Assembly: GCA_964016885.1 (NCBI GenBank)
Contig: OZ024741.1
Span: forward strand, 162,874,001-162,938,000
Origin: Eledone cirrhosa
Taxonomy: Eukaryota
DNA: 64,000 bases
Reading direction: 5' to 3'
Below are positions 62,151-64,000 of the stretch, piece after piece; positions within the stretch are counted from its first letter, which is position 1, and each line of letters begins with the position of its first letter. The position numbers and the translations under genes were made by a program. The notes below the pieces were generated by a model. That model was given only the letters and a program-made list of their open reading frames with translations. It ran no database searches and had not been told where the DNA came from.

Positions 62151-62994
62151 TGTAATTCCACTGCTTAAAGTTTCATAAAATATATACGTATATAATTCTA
62201 ATTTTTTTTAAATTTTTATTTTAATTTTAATAATTTTTATTTCTTTATTTTTGTTTCTTTAATTTTTATTTCTTTAAAAATTACTTACCTCTTATAAATT
62301 ATTTTTTTAAAATTTTCTCAAATTTTCAATGTTTTTTCAATACTTTTTCAATATTTTTTCAATACTTTATCAATATATTTTCAATATTTTTCAATAGATT
62401 TATAACCACTAACTGATTCTGGCTAAACGTGTCTTTCAACATCTATACTTATTTTGACTAAATAGTCTCACACTAACGAATAAATAAATTAAACCGGAGT
62501 TTTTTCGCAATGTTTAGACAATGTTTAGACAAATCACAAAGGCAATAAACGTAAATGAATTTCAAACAAAATTAAATAGAAAACATGAATAGAATAGCAA
62601 CATCACAACTTACAATTAAGGACAAAATGAAAACACACACACATTGAACAAACAACCAACCAGTAATATGTAAATAAACAAATAAATAAACAAATAAAAA
62701 CACACACAGACCCGGATGTAACACATGCGCAAGCTAAGCACACAACACACACAAAAACAAGATGGCGTAGGACAGAACAAAGGAGAGGCACAAAACAAAG
62801 ACAAGAATCCCCAGTCACCGAAGAGGTCACAGAATGTGTGACGAAAGAACTTTGACAATATATGAACAACCGTCCCTCCCACCGCTTGCTACTACTGGAC
62901 TTGAAAACAGTCGAGAATATATAGTTTTCTCGTCTGTGTAAATGAGGTGATTAATCTCATTTGCATATGAAGCTGCATAAGTTGGCATAAGAGG

Positions 62995-63040
62995 GATCGT
63001 CCTGACGATGGTCAGTCAAGCCTAAAATGCATAGACGGTT
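62995..63040 (+). ncRNA. Degenerate hammerhead ribozyme (GAAA changed to AAAA)
   Basis: gatcgtc CTGACGA tgg..cct AAAA tgca TA gacggtt; 7-bp stem I including GU pairs. Confidence 0.5.
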
Positions 63041-63105
63041 CTGCCCCTAGCTACGAAATTTCTATACATATTTGTATAAAACTATGCTTGAAGCGAAATC
63101 TTATT

Positions 63106-63148
<43 letters not shown>

Positions 63149-63579
63149 TGTGTGTGTATGTGTGTGTGCATGTGTGTTATAACATTTCTGTTATAAATTA
63201 TTTCATTAAACTTTGCTTATTAAGTGGCGGTTGATTCAACCTTTGTTTAACTCTATTAACTCCTTTGTAGAATAATAAAATTTGTTTTATCAAACGTTGT
63301 ATAGAAAAGGGAAGACAGTATTAACTGACCTAAAACTCATTAAGTATTAAACCATATGATACAATGAAATAAGTGTCTAGTTTGGTTTCGCTTCATTTTC
63401 TATCATTCACTACTTTAAGAACATTTTCACACACACACACACACACGTATATATATATATGTGTGTGTGTGTAGGAATCTGTAGATGAAAGATCAAGGAA
63501 AACAGTGTTCAATCTGAGAGAGCGTATTTAGTATAAACAAATCCTCCCTGCATACTGACAGCCGGCGGTTTGTGAGTAT

Positions 63580-64000
63580 CCTATGCAGTCATTTCTGGCC
63601 CCACACCGAAATAGTGGATGATAATTCGAGATTTTACGGCTAATGTTGGACACTAGATTCTTAAAAACCGTAGGTGCGTAGCAGGGCCCTCTGTTGAAGT
63701 ATTTTAGCATCTCATTCGGTTTATAACAGGATTTGTATGTACATGTTGGTAGGTCTAGGTTGACGTCGAGAAAGTTTACGCTAGTGAGGTTCGAGACGAC
63801 TGTGATTTTAAGTCCTATGGTGTTAAGGGTGTCTATCAGATCTTTACAGAACTTGTCCATATCGTTCCCCTTGCTGTCGTGGGTTAGAGAAAGACCGTCG
63901 TCACGGTATAGACCGATAGTGTGGTCGATGAATTTCTGCTTAAGCGTACGGAGGATGTATAATCCAACAATATTACATGTATCTGCGCTGTCATATGACC
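63580..64000 (-). pseudogene. PLE RT fragment running off the window edge
   Basis: SYDSADTCNIVGLYIL..GLYRDDGL..VNFLDVNLDL. Confidence 0.85.

Noticed and set aside
62959-62966. Octamer motif ATTTGCAT (also at 7170)
   Set aside because: An 8-mer expected by chance in AT-rich DNA; no snRNA gene nearby.

Overview
AT-rich, microsatellite-dense animal genomic DNA with no supportable host gene. The repeat content suggests a mollusc, probably an octopus (inference). Most of the window is nested retroelements: three R4/Dong-clade LINE families, a full-length Tx1-clade LINE, RTE-clade LINEs with non-autonomous derivatives, several Penelope-like elements (PLEs), a tRNA-derived SINE, and MITE, mariner and Helitron remnants. 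The most striking pattern is two microsatellite niches. (AAT)n tracts hold Dong-A in one orientation, and Tx1 plus a SINE with a Tx1-like 3' end in the other. (TACA)n tracts hold Dong-B and Dong-C in one orientation and RTE-derived elements in the other. Five hammerhead ribozymes that fold fully (four canonical, one U4C variant) and several decayed ones were also found by eye. Element boundaries are approximate unless a repeat or target-site duplication (TSD) defines them, and family assignments rest on motif recognition, not database searches.
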